A DNA stretch of 54,101 nucleotides, counting the filler, from Ionaspis alba (taxonomy: Eukaryota), in the NCBI GenBank assembly GCA_964255285.1. It is 3 parts of 3 records of this genome, joined end to end, with 100 filler letters (N's around TTAATTAATTAA, not from the genome) between each part and the next. Parts side by side here need not be neighbours in the genome. Positions count along the whole stretch, not along the records: positions 1 to 17,972 come from CAXUUL010000302.1; positions 18,073 to 36,037 come from CAXUUL010000303.1; 1 more part is not named here. One strand, given 5' to 3'. The position numbers and the translations under genes are program-made. Positions 12,227 to 24,545 of this stretch are shown in pieces. Within the stretch, counting starts at the first letter, position 1; each line of letters starts with the position of its first letter. A model generated the notes under the pieces. The model did no database searches and was not told the DNA's origin. It saw nothing but the letters and a program-made list of their open reading frames with translations.

Positions 12227-13991
12227 ATGGAGGAGAAATATCAATACTCGCCTACAGTTGAGGCTAATAAAGGAGCTGTTGTTCATGGAGATACCTTCGC
12301 AGAGCAGTACGCGGATCATGATGTTTTCGGACACGAGGAGAACAATCAGGTAGCTAAATCCTTGTATGCAGTAACCTGCTCCTACTGACTTATACGGAGA
12401 TTCGATACAAAACTCTATCATGGCAGCTTGTAGCAGTTTTGATGATAGCGGAGATCGTGTCAAATGGCATGCTCTCTCTGCCATCCTCTCTGGCCGTGGT
12501 TGGCCTCGTTCCCGGTGTCATTATCATCGTCTTCCTTGGGACTTTCGCGCTCTTCACCAGTTGGCTGCTTATTCAATTCAAGTTACGGCACCCTGAAGGT
12601 CAGTCAATCTTCTGGGTCATCCGCGTACGGTGCACGTGACATATGACATGAAGCTTACCATCACGCTCTGCCCTCCAGTCCACAACATGGGAGACGCAGG
12701 ATATATTCTCTTCGGACCACTTGGCCGTGAGGTTCTGAGTGCCGGAACCATCATCTTTGCAGTGTTTGCCACAGGTGGTCAGCTCCTTGCTGGGCAGATT
12801 GCATTGGCGTTCCTGTCCGACAACAAGCTGTGCCTCATGCTCTACACCGGCATCTTTACCATTCCAACCTTTCTTTGCTCTTTGCCTCGGACTCTTGACC
12901 GCCTCTCCTGGCTGAGTATTCCCAGTGTAATTTCAATCATGGTGGCGGGCGTCGTCGGGATGATAGGGGCTGGTTTGAATCCCATCGAGGGACGAGTGAC
13001 GGACCTGTTCATTTCTACCGACTTTGTGACGGCATTCATATCGATAACGAATCCTGTGTTTGCATATGCTGGTACTTGCCCGATCTTCTTCTCCAGGTTG
13101 CTGCACATCGACTAAGATCCTCGTTAGGTCATTTCATGTTTTTCATCCTGATATCAGAGATGAAAGAGCCTCGTGATGCCATGAAGGTCTGATTTCCTCC
13201 ACAATATCCTACTGCGTATCACATGTTGATCGCTTCTAGGCCGCCTACACACTCCAGATATTCGCGACGGCATTTTATGCAGTCTTCGCAGTAGTAGTGT
13301 ACATCTATGTCGGCAACGCCGTCGCCTCTCCTGCGTTTTCGTCTTTGCCTCCAGTGTGGGCCAAAGCCGCCTATGGGATTGCGATCCCGAACTTCTTGAT
13401 CGCCGGTTCTCTCTATTCGCATACAGCGGCCAAACTGCTTTTCATCCGGTTTTTCCGCCACAGCAGACATCTGCATTCCCACACTGTGCTCGGTTGGGGT
13501 GTCTGGACCTTCCTGATCTNNNNNNNNNNNNNNNNNNNNNNNNNNNNNNNNNNNNNNNNNNNNNNNNNNNNNNNNNNNNNNNNNNNNNNNNNNNNNNNNN
13601 NNNNNNNNNNNNNNNNNNNAGACATCTGCATTCCCACACTGTGCTCGGTTGGGGTGTCTGGACCTTCCTGATCTTCATCATGAATGCAGCTGCTTTCGTA
13701 CTGGCCGTTGGGGTGCCGATCTTCAACTATCTGATTGGCATTGCTGCGTCCTTATTTGCGAGCTGGTATACCTATGGAATTGCGGGAGCCTTCTGGATAT
13801 ATGATATCTATCATGATAAAGGTGGTATGTCGGCCTTAAAGAGACGCTGGGGAATGACGACCCTGAGTATCTGGACACTGTTGGCTGGAGCATTTATATG
13901 TGTCGCTGGAATGTATGTCACTATTACGAGTATCAAGGCGGCATATGCTGCGGGGACGATCTCGGCTCCTTTCAGTTGTGGGACATCTTGA
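12227..13991 (+). CDS. Aa_trans family neutral amino-acid permease (Mtr-like), multi-exon, spans an assembly gap
   Basis: DVFGHEENNQ|IRYKTLSWQ..MIAEIVSNGMLSLP, FAYAG|HFMFFILISEM and many transmembrane segments. The gap at 13520-13619 has duplicated flanks. Confidence 0.88.
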
Positions 13992-14402
13992 AGGTGGATC
14001 TGGTCTACTCGAACTAAACATGAAATCGTTCTTCGTTGGAAACATTGCCAGTTGTGTAGATAATTGACTTGATCCGAATAGAATAAGAGTCGCGCGAGTG
14101 ATAGTTGAGGTCGGCGAGCCTGTTCAATAATAAATAATTTTCCTGCTTAGTGTGTATGAATCCGACTGGCGTCCAATAAAACACCGACGCAGAATGACTG
14201 GAGTCACTGGCTGCCATCAATGATCCTAAGCGAGGTCCTGTCCGCCTAGAAAGTCCCCTTTTTTAATATGCAAAGCATAGGGTTTGCCAAGACCTTGTTT
14301 CCACTTTAATCTTAGATCTATCTCGTTGAATCTCTTAGCAATATGGCCTTTTGACTCGACATTGTACTTACACAACTCGCAGCGCATCGTAATGGAGCGC
14401 CG

Positions 14403-16004
14403 ATGACACCCTCTCAGAAGCTACCATACTCAACCCACGATCATGCTAGTCACAATCTGCCACCTCCACTTGAGCATCGCCCCTTCTCTGATCCCAACCA
14501 TCTAGCTCCCGAAGATGCCTTCTTCGCCCACTCCCCTCCACGTCGGCACCGCGAACACTATGCCAATGGATCCATTGAAGGCAATGCCGTCAACGGTGAT
14601 TCGGCAGGTGCGAGGGTGAGTCTTGGCGGCAGACGAAGACACGACAAAGACCGCGGACGAAGCAGAAGCAGGAAGGGGAAGGGCAGGTGGAGCAAATTAC
14701 TCTGGGTCAAGCATGACTGTACAATCTTTCCGCTTCAAGATGGACCAGATGGGAATGCTAACTCAGTCCCACAGATCCAGACAACTACACCGACCCTCCT
14801 ACCTTCCTCTCCGCCCTCCAACGCAACCCCCGCCTCCTCCCCTACGACTTCTGGCCCCTCGTCGCCGACTCCACGGTAATAGTGCAACACGTCTGCTCCG
14901 TCGCAATCTTCGTCTGCTGCTTCGTCGTCATCTTCCAAGAACGCGTCTCCCCCGTCTCAGTCGTCAGCTGGGGCAGCGCTGGCACCGTGCTTGGCTGGGT
15001 CTTCTGGGATTTCTGGGTCGGGCAGGAGGAATCTGTGCGGGCTTTCCACGAGAGTGGATACAATCAGCTTAATACGGGCAATAATATTGGTGACGATGGG
15101 AGTAGCGTGAGCTCTGTTTCTAGCAACGGGAATGCGCTGGGCCGTGCTGGCAACGGGCTTGGCTTGTCGTTTCCGGTGAGCGGGACTTCGTCACAGACGC
15201 ATTCCAGGAATCACAGTGCTACGTCGTTGCCTGCTGCTACTTCGGCGCCGTTGCCAGTCACGACGGGTCATCCGACGGGAGCACCACAGTTCGCGAGCTA
15301 TAGCTATTATCCACCTTATAATGCTCCCGCATCGCCGTTCTCGCCGAGGAATCAGCAGCGGTTGGCTACGGCTAAGTCGGCGATTCTCATCTACTGTGCC
15401 CTGCTGGGGTTGAGTCCGATTCTGAAGTCTTTGACAAAGAGTACGACGAGTGATTCGATCTGGGCGTTGAGTTCTTGGCTTATGTGTATCAATGTGTTCT
15501 TTTTCGATTATGGAGGTGGTGTGGGTGTCAAGTATGTCGCAATCTCTCCTTTCTTATCGCAATTCCAAAATATATGGCTACCACGAGTCTTAAAGGCTTA
15601 CGGCTTTTAGGTTTCCAGCATCACTGTCGACCAATGCTGCTCTTATGGCTTCTACCGTCCTTGCATCTCGCCTCCCGAGTACAACCCACGTCTTCTCACT
15701 CACGCTGTTCTCGATAGAAGTGTTCGGTCTTTTCCCAGTCTTCCGCCGACATTTGCGTCACCGGTCCTGGCGACTCCATCTCGTCCTGACGGTTCTCCTT
15801 ATAGTTGGTGCCGGAGTGGGTATGGGAGCAGTCCTATTAGGTCCTGGAATCGGAAACAGTATTCTTGGCATCAGTATCTGGGGGATGGGCACGGTATTGG
15901 CTATGGGAGGCTGCTCTCGCTGGTTGATCGGGCTACAGAGGTACAAGAACGTTGTTATTGGGCCCTGGGATCAGGTGAAGCCGAAATTCAGTACGTATAG
16001 CTGA
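14403..16004 (+). CDS. GPI2: GPI-GlcNAc transferase subunit GPI2/PIG-C
   Basis: WSKLLWVKHD|YPDNYTD..FL..LQRNP, LGLSPILKSLTKSTTSDSIWA, SLSTNAALMASTVLASRL, LQRYKNVVIGPWD. Confidence 0.92.
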
Positions 16005-16868
16005 ACTAATATACATGATCTGTTTTGAAAAGTTGTGATGTGCATTGGAATTCTCGCAAACACGGCACTTGTCAGCCTTCGTTGCCCTACATCTTGTTAC
16101 GAAAGAAGCGTTGTCCTGTGATATCCTGCGTTCAAAGACACCTAATACAAGCCACGACAAGAATGACTAGGCATGATGTCAAACGTGAAACCAGTACAGC
16201 TCACGTGAACCTGGTTGCAACGACCGGAAACTCGGAGGCGGGCCGAGATTCAAGCATTTCGCGGTGATCGCCCGAGCCTCCAGGGGCAAGATCTTAGATA
16301 CGGAACAGAAGCCAATCTCGATTTACATCGCTAGCCGAATCGTAGCTCCGATCGCGAGGCTGCTTCCCAACTACGATTGGGCCAACATACAACGATCTTG
16401 GCTGGGGGACAAGACACGAGGAAAGCTTCAAGGCAGGGAACAGACTTTCAGTGCTATTTCTGATAGTCAGCTGACTACATGTATCAATTTTCAACGGAGA
16501 GGACTACGGGTAAGGGAGATCGATAGGTGGTGGCATGCCATCATGGTGTGTTGAACATCGGTACCACCATTCCGGAAAGGGGAGGAAGGGAGAACTTAAT
16601 CCAGAATCGAAAGTGAACCTGGCAGATTTCCCCTTCAACATCCTTTAGCGCCATCGTCTTCTTGTGTACATAAAGCCGTCTTCTTTGTCTTCTCATTCTT
16701 CCTTTTTGTCATTACCTCAAGCCTCTGCAACCACAATCCCAACAGTTGAGGAAAGCTACTACGGTATGGTATTACTTGTCAAGGAGACCCACACTGTCAT
16801 GCTAATCGTCTAGTAGATATTACAACATTTGAAACAATACCTTCGCTCCACAAAATATTCAAGCGGCC

Positions 16869-17220
16869 ATGATGTTCAGCACTCAACTCATCAAAGGTAT
16901 ATTAGCGCACCACACCTCAACTGCCCATCTCCCTAACTTCAGCAACGTATCAGCAGCACGGCTAACATCCCATGACAGCCACCCTAGCTCTCCTGATCCT
17001 CATGCCCCTCAACAACATAGCAGTCTCCGGCCTTCCGCTGGAACCCACCGAGCAGAATCAGGGCTGTTATGTCAACTGTGGCGGCGTCACTGCTTGCTTC
17101 GTGCAGGGGCTGAACTACAGATGCGACAGCGGTGGAAGGGTAATCTTTGATGGGGACAACAAGATCTGTGATAAGTACTGCGAATGCCAGTGCTCTGGCA
17201 TCTGTAAAGGCTGTAGCTAG
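16869..17220 (+). CDS. Small secreted cysteine-rich protein (10 Cys)
   Basis: Exon MMFSTQLIK, a GT..GCTAAC..CAG intron, then ATLALLILMPLNNIAVSGLP..GCYVNCGGVTAC..RC..ICDKYCECQCSGICKGCS*. The N-terminus is hydrophobic. A 5'-UTR intron lies at about 16764-16815. Confidence 0.75.
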
Positions 17221-17972
17221 ATCATGGCTGGCGATTAAGATGGGGCTCGTGTGTTTGGGGAGAGGGACTGGTGGGTTGATAGCTCGAAGTTATGGCTTGA
17301 AAGGAGCTTGTATTGAAGGTGGCAGATTTTGAGGTGTGATGGAAACAAGTGGATGGTTCGCAGACGTGGAGCTACGTAGCTGTACTAGGCTAGCTGGAAT
17401 GAGCTGTGCAAATACCTCCTACTGCTAATTGTTGTCTGGTGCTTTCACATTTGCAATTTACATTGTTGACCACGGATGACTTTGACGACTGGTAGCGAGT
17501 CGTTCTTGACACCGGAGAAAAGTAAACCGACTGCCGGCAGGACGGATCGTTTCATGCGATCTCATCTTCCGCAAAGGACGTCCTCTGTCTGAAACACTTA
17601 AGCCAGCGGAATCCCAGCCGTGAGTGCAGTCGCTCCGCTTCAGCTCAGAACCGAGCTGAATGGGCCAAGTCCCCTCAACGTGCCTTCTAAAGGTGGTATC
17701 GCAATCGCAGAACTCAATTCTGGTCGTAACCACATGGAGTCCCGACCGCCTCTGCGACCACGACACCGATCTCGACCCATTCGCCAAAGCTAGAAAATAA
17801 AACCCACCAGTCAAATCATTCAGAACCATCTTTTGCCCGCTCCTGGAACCTTCGCATGCATTTGCTCTGCAAGATGCTGGCCTTTGCTTGGTTCCTTCCT
17901 TCCATTCCGCATCTCCCGGGCCCATCAAACCCGGCCACTGTTTCGCATCTTGGTTTGCTTTGCATGTGTGCC

Positions 17973-18072
17973 NNNNNNNNNNNNNNNNNNNNNNNNNNNN
18001 NNNNNNNNNNNNNNNNTTAATTAATTAANNNNNNNNNNNNNNNNNNNNNNNNNNNNNNNNNNNNNNNNNNNN
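17973..18072. other. Assembly gap with artificial TTAATTAATTAA linker
   Basis: 44 N + TTAATTAATTAA (18017-18028; stops in all six frames) + 44 N. Confidence 0.9.
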
Positions 18073-18135
18073 TTCATCTTCATTTTCATCTTCATTTTCA
18101 TCTTCATTTTCATCTTCATTTTCATCTTCATCTTC
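18073..18135 (-). repeat. 12-bp tandem repeat (GAAGATGAAAAT)n encoding (EDEN)n
   Basis: Repeated ttcatcttcatt units on the + strand run into the gap. Confidence 0.9.
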
Positions 18136-19634
18136 ATCCAGTGCTTCCTCTTGTGCATCTTCTTTGGAGTCGCCCTCGGTACTTTCATGCTTGTCGCCTC
18201 CGCCATCAGCAGTCTTATCCTCTTGACTGCTACCATACCCGTCACCCATTCTCCCGTCACTTTCTGAGTCTGACGAGTCTACTCTTGGCCGGCCACGATT
18301 ATCACACGGAGTCACCGGCTGCGAATAGTCTGCGTCATCATCTTTGGCTCTTCTGTATGTGCGAGAGTGCTTTGGATACCGTCCAAAGTTTTCTTTCGTC
18401 ATGGCTACTCTCTCCTCGAACTCCAGGTCGTGGAAGTCTTTCGTGGAGTTGGCACGTCGACAAGCAAGAGGCAGGTTGTTGTCCAGATATTTCTTAAGCG
18501 TTTCAGTGCCTTCCCGCTGTTTCCACGAGATATAAGTAGCTCGTCCGCGGAACCTCGTGCGTCGCATGGACAGCCTGTTCTCAGAGATTTGCAACTTTCC
18601 CGGCATTCTCTGAAGAAAGTCCTTGGAGCGAATAGCGAGGTTGAGACGAATAATTGCCTCCATGAGCCAGCCCTCCATGTTTGAGGAACAGGTCCAAGGA
18701 ATCTCAGCGTAGTCCAAGAGTGCTTCGTCGTTAGAATCTAAGACTATGCGGTCTTCCAGCACCCAGAGCTCCGCCTTTTTGGCAACATTTTCTGGCCTCG
18801 GCTCGTATTGGAAAAGAATGTCTGGACGGTTATCACGAGCTTCGCCCCAGTTTTCCTGGTCATTATCAGTGAGGCCTGAAGCTAAGACGATGTTATACAT
18901 ACCTGTTCCTCCAAGAATGAAGTGACATCATTTTCTGCTGCTCCTCTCTGGCGAGGGAAAGCTGTACCAGTCAGCTCAGGATTTTTTTTTCACGGCATTT
19001 TTCGAAGATTGAATAGAGACTTACTGTACTCCCCTGCTATAGAAGCAGCCTCAATCGGTTCGGCACGAATATCCTTGTGATATACGGCAAGACCTAGTCT
19101 TCGCTTAGTAGCAATACCACAAAAACAGAATTGTGGACTTACGCCAATTCCCATCTGTGGGATCCTTCCACTGAAGGCTGCCATCATCATCGATACGCGT
19201 CTCTCCCTTTCTCGTGGCCTTCGGTACATTGCCTCTCCGCCTCCTGGGAGCTTTTGGCGAGGGATACTGTAGACCTCGGACTTTAGAGCTTTTTGGTGCA
19301 AGGTCGTTAATAGACTCTTCCTTACCCGTAGCACTTCCTCCGTTCCATCCGTCCAAGCTGCTATTGTCCTGGTCAACATCCGAGCCTTTTTCATCGCTTA
19401 AATGTTTTGGCTTTTTGGTCTTCCGTGTGGAGTGTAGTAGCTGGGGCTGATCGTGATCTTCAGAACACAGTCAACATCTCAAGTCTTAGAACACAGGTCG
19501 TGGCCAAAGTTAGAGAACTTGCCGGATTTATCGCTACTATCCTGAAGCTGATCTTCTTGCAGTAGATCGTTAGCTTGGCTTCGTTGAGACCTATTTGCAA
19601 CGACGGTGTTCTTGGATCTTGAAGACGAGGACAT
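18073..19634 (-). CDS. Uncharacterised fungal protein, paralogue A (acidic tail; 3' end lost in gap)
   Basis: Five in-frame exons can be reconstructed from ATG 19634 (first intron GC-AG, 19458-19522). Core IVLD..LLDYAEIPWTCSSNMEGWLMEAIIR..DFLQRMP..LSMRRTRFR..ISW is shared with paralogue B. Confidence 0.7.
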
Positions 19635-21716
19635 GTCGTGGGACTAGGGGGAAAAGTCGAAGTGTTAGACAGAAGTTAATGTAACGGAGCGCTCAGCACC
19701 CGGGACCGAAGCTTGCAAGAACTATCAGAGATTCGACGACGTTCTGGTTTTTCCAGGGATTCCTTGCTGAGATGGGATGACTAAATGGCAATATGGAGAT
19801 TGTGGAAGTTTCATAAATAAGCACGAATGATCTAGCGAGGTGTGCACGGTGAATTGGGAGAAGGGTGTTGATATCGAGCAGGTACGTCGTCAGCACAACG
19901 ACATGAAAGACCAGTAGCAGGGTAATGAGAAGCGGTGACATACCTTCTGTTCCCTTGGATACAAGGAGATAAGCAATGGCAGTTCCTCCTCTCAAGATGA
20001 AATGGCTAGTATTTTAATTTATCTGGGAGTTCAATAGCCCCAGCTTGTGAATATCCTCCTGACACAATTCAGTCAAGTCAGATAAGGCGTTCGAGAGCAC
20101 TTTCGATCTCGTATCCATGTTCGAGTCTCTCAGTAACGTCCTGTCTGATGGCATGCTGCCCCGCACATTTCCTATGCTAGACATACCAGCGCTCGCTCCC
20201 CTAAATGTCTCTTATACCGGTCTTCGTGCTCGACTTTCCTCATCTAGCTCCGCGAACGCGACGTCGTCACACAACCTCTGCTGTTCGCTCGATACCGATT
20301 GCCACCAGCTGCCGCAGACACGATACTAGCACCCTCCTCAATCGGTAATGCCAACATACACGATCGAGGTAGCTGATAGTGCGATTAATGATAATGTTCT
20401 GGATCTTCTCTCTGTGCCACATCATGCACCAAATAAAGTCGGAGGACTCATGTCAAAGAAATTGACCCATTGAGAGAAAGTCTCTTTGGGTACTGAAGCA
20501 AATGGAGATTCCATTACAACTATAAATGCGGAGAACAACAAGCAGCCATTGAGTAGAAGGTGACACAGCCAGACTATACATGAAAGTTCGGTTGAGAAGA
20601 TAAAGTAGGATGTAGCTGACATTGTTGGAGATGTCGAACTGACTACACCTTGGAGCATCTACCACATGCCCGCAGAGTACAAGTAGACCGCTGCAGCTGA
20701 TCATGGAGGTACTCCACTCTGGCATCTTTCAAGAGAGTCAGTAGTATAGATATACCTATCCTGATTGGTAACGGAGCGTATGCATGGCAGCTATTTAGTG
20801 TATTGGCTTCTAGTAACTGAAACTCAAAGGGCAAGAGCCTCCGACGGGAAGGGCGCGTGAGTTAAGCCCGCGTTCGCCAGTCCGAGGGAGCTCAGCTTTT
20901 CAAAGTTAGCTGTTTTGCTATTCACATTTGAATCGAGAGCGGTAGAGAGACGAGGAATACAGCCTATCTGTACTTTTAGGTGGGCTGTCGAGGCCAACCG
21001 TCGTCTGTCGGAGGACTGAGGGAGAGTTAGTCAGTGTCACAAGAAAGCTTTGCATTAGAAATGCACAACCGACGCTATTGGGTCTTAAACTCGTTGCACG
21101 TCTGGGCTACAGTGTGGGGAATCAAGAAGTTGAAGATCCATTAGACTTGGCAGGGCTGGACATCGAGTACAACAGCTGAACTCTACAATGACGAGGAGAT
21201 AACGGGAAGATACAAGAGAGATTTAACGTATTGCAATGATCACGACTCCTTGTTCATGCCAAGCTCTCGGCTCGAGTCTTTAATGCTCCAACCTCCAACC
21301 TGAGAAACCTTGAGCTACCGAACAGCTCCGGACGGCATAAGAGATTAGATAGCTTTGCCATCGATAGAAAGTACAATAGCAGATGCAAGTCAGACTCGAG
21401 AGAAAGAGACTATACTCCACGAATGAGCTGTCATACTGCCATGCTATGCCTGCAAGGCGATAAGAGTCGAAGCAACGAAATGCCGCCGTTGTGTAGAGAG
21501 GGGCCCGTGAGAAACTGTATCTAATCGGTAAGCAGTTGTCGTTGTGGACAATTACTTTGACTTGCCTTGTATCTTGAAACAGCGCAACAAAGAGTCGACA
21601 TGTGGCTACATTGTCTGACGGTACAACGGAGACCCGTTCCTATTTATGTCCTCGTCCGATGTCCCAGCCAACCTTACCACCTCCATAATCTACCGTATCT
21701 CATACCGTCCTTTTGC

Positions 21717-22514
21717 TTAAGGAAAAGAAGTACCTTTCCTGAAGTCGTTCCTACCATAGATCTTGTTGCTGACTGGCATTCTACGCCAGATATTCGCACG
21801 CAGCTCATCGGTCCCGCGCTTCTCATGCCAGGAGATACAGTTGTGCTTGTTGCGCCAGCGGAACACGCGCATCTGCATGGCATTGATACTTGTGGTGGCA
21901 GTCGAATCTGGCATACGTGCCTGGATATCCTTCCAATTGATGCAGGAGTTCTGGCGTATGATCGCTTCAAGAAGCCATGCTTCAGCGTTCGAGGCCAGCG
22001 TGTGAGGGATATCGGGGTAGTCGAGCACGGGATTGAGATATTTGTCAAGTACGATCCTGCCCCTATGACGCATTGGCGGAGCGACGGAGCCGCTTGTGAG
22101 CCAGTCTCGAGGAGGGTCAAGTTGGCCAAGAATGGCTGGGTTCATCACACCGGTACTACCGCTACCCCAAGCTCGCTGGCTTGGTAGAAAAGCTGTCTCG
22201 TCGTCCGTTCCACTGTTTTGGGCCCGAGGGTGGACTGCAGAAAGACTCTAAGCATAAGAGAGAGATGCAAGGTTGGACCAGCTTACCATAGCTTCCGTTC
22301 GCCGCAGCTTGGTCGATCAAGGCCCTACGGATCGTACTATGGAGGACAGCTTCTTGCCAGCGAGCCCCAGGCGCCGATCGGTACATTAATTGCCAATTTG
22401 GCATTATGTTGACCTCGTATTGGCTCGGTCTAAGAGAAGTAAGCGAGAAAAGACAAGAGAAAGAGATTGGGATAGATTGTATCATGGGACGACCGACCCT
22501 GTGACGTTGGGCAT
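21717..22514 (-). CDS. Uncharacterised fungal protein, paralogue B
   Basis: Exons MPNVTG|PSQYEVNIMPNWQLMYRSAPGARWQEAVLH..GSY|VHPRAQ..WG..IVLDKYLNPVLDYPDIPHTLASNAEAWLLEAIIR..WKDIQARMP..MQMRVFRWR..ISW. The 3' end is uncertain. Confidence 0.65.
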
Positions 22515-24545
22515 GGCTGCTTCAGATGCGCTGTTGGTGTTTTGGATCTCTGTCAGATAGATAGTTCAGATCAGCCAAAATATTTTGTTCAACGAGGTGG
22601 GTGTTGAAAAGTGAGCATAGTCGAGGCCAGCGGTCAAGGATATCCACCTCGAGAAAGACTTGGTAAAATATGGGACCCTTAAACAGAACTTGATGTGTTA
22701 CTTACATGGCCTTGGGAGCAAAGCTTTGAGAAATTAGCTTGAAATGATGAGAGTGGGAAATCGTGATGAGTACCAAGAGTGGGAGGCTAATATCGAAGAG
22801 AGATCAAAGCCAGACACGCATTGTGGGCTCAATATAGCCTTGCACCACAGACCCCCGCAAGCTCCGCGCAACGTCGAGATCGAACATTCCCATTGGCCGG
22901 TTGTTCCGCCAGAACTAATTAAGCATGTCAATGGGATATTCTCCAAGGCTCATTCGTTGTGGAGATAAAAAGTCGACCAAAGGCCGTCAAGTAAGCCAAC
23001 AAATACACCCTTGACATGCTCAAAAATGAGCTAGAAAGAATCGCAAGAGATATATTGTATGCTCCTTATGTCTACTGGCACTCTGCTGGTGCATGAGCAA
23101 CCCCTTTCGAGAATATCAAGGCACAACCATGAACGGAGCAAGACTGCAAATCTTGATGGAGCAGGATCTGTGTTCCTGCACCACCAGACACAGACTGTAG
23201 CCGCATGGTTCAGAACATTACTCGTGAAGGAAACAGATACAGTGAATCATTGATCTCGAAGACTGAAGCCTTTTCAACCGTCATCAGTCCATGTTATGCC
23301 ATCAAGTTTCAGCACAGTGCGCTGCTGAATAGCCATAGAAGGCATGATTCCATTCTTGAATGTCTGTTTCCGGGCCAGTCTCGGCACCTTGATTTGTGTT
23401 TGCGCGTTTTTTGAAGACAAGCCAAGACCACCGAGAACACAGAACGATGTGTGGCACTTACCAGTCATATATACAGGGTTGAGCTAGGAAAGATAGCCAG
23501 AAGCTCCATGCGCGTGGCATTTTGGGCAGCAGATCCACTGTGTCTCGTGAGCATGCTTTCTCTCTGCTCGTTTGCATGAATGACGGACCATAGTAAACAA
23601 GAGAATGGTCTTCTCAAATCAGGATTGTCGGTAAACCTCATGACATTCGATCAATCAATGCCCACACTAGAAGGCTCTTTGGAGACTCCTTTAGCAATGC
23701 TGCTGACATCTCCATTCTGAGGTCAAACCCAACCACAACAATCACAACCGGACCAGGCTCTACACCACGAGAACAGGGCGACAGTGATAGTCTACGCAGC
23801 ATTAAGAAACATGCCACAGACATGTATAGGACTACACTCCATCAAAGCGGGTCGGCAGTGAGGTGGTGGTCGGTTCCACAGGATCTGCAAAGGAAACAAA
23901 GCCGATCATCTTGTTCGCAAAGCCCTCATCCCACAGCACGGGATTGAGACACTGGTAGGTAGGCCAGAACACAATGGAGAGATGAATACCATTTTCTGTC
24001 TTTCATATACTAAGTTATGGGAAAGAAGATGTTGAGGGTACAAGCGGAGAGGTGCAACTTCAAATACTAGACGTGTCGAGGAGCATGGACCGTGCACATA
24101 CACGTGACTGCTTTCGCTAATTCAAGTCCCTAGTCGTCATGCAAGCATTCTTGGTCTGTGTTGATATATCAGATACTCACAAAATATACGAACAACGGAT
24201 ATCTCGAGGCAGGCTTCCCAGCATCAAACGCCAAGCCAGCACATTACACGGGGCAGATCCAGGAGAGACTTATTCTAGGGTTGCTGCCCAACTCGCTCGC
24301 TTCGGCAGATACGGAACTCAGGGACTGCCAAGCACTCGGTTCCGAAGGATCAGATTAGATCGGGATCTCGTTGGATTGGTCGCCGAAAATGATATCACCA
24401 ACAGAAATCCTACACGCGATGCAAGAAAAAGTTTCGGACAGCTTCCTCTGAGCTTCGCTTACAGAAGAGTCCGAACTCGTTTTCGCACCGCGTGCCCCTC
24501 TACAATATTCCCTTATTGTTCTAACATTTCTTAGCAACGGCTCCC

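Noticed and set aside
13465..13674. 55-bp direct repeat flanking a 100-N gap in the permease
   Set aside because: The same 55-bp flank duplication occurs at all three plain gaps, consistent with unmerged k-mer overlaps rather than a biological repeat or target-site duplication.
23900..24534. Faint small-GTPase-like words (VQLQILDV, AFLVCVDISD) with splice-like signals
   Set aside because: No P-loop or NKxD motif and the frames are interrupted by stops, so a gene or pseudogene call cannot be supported.
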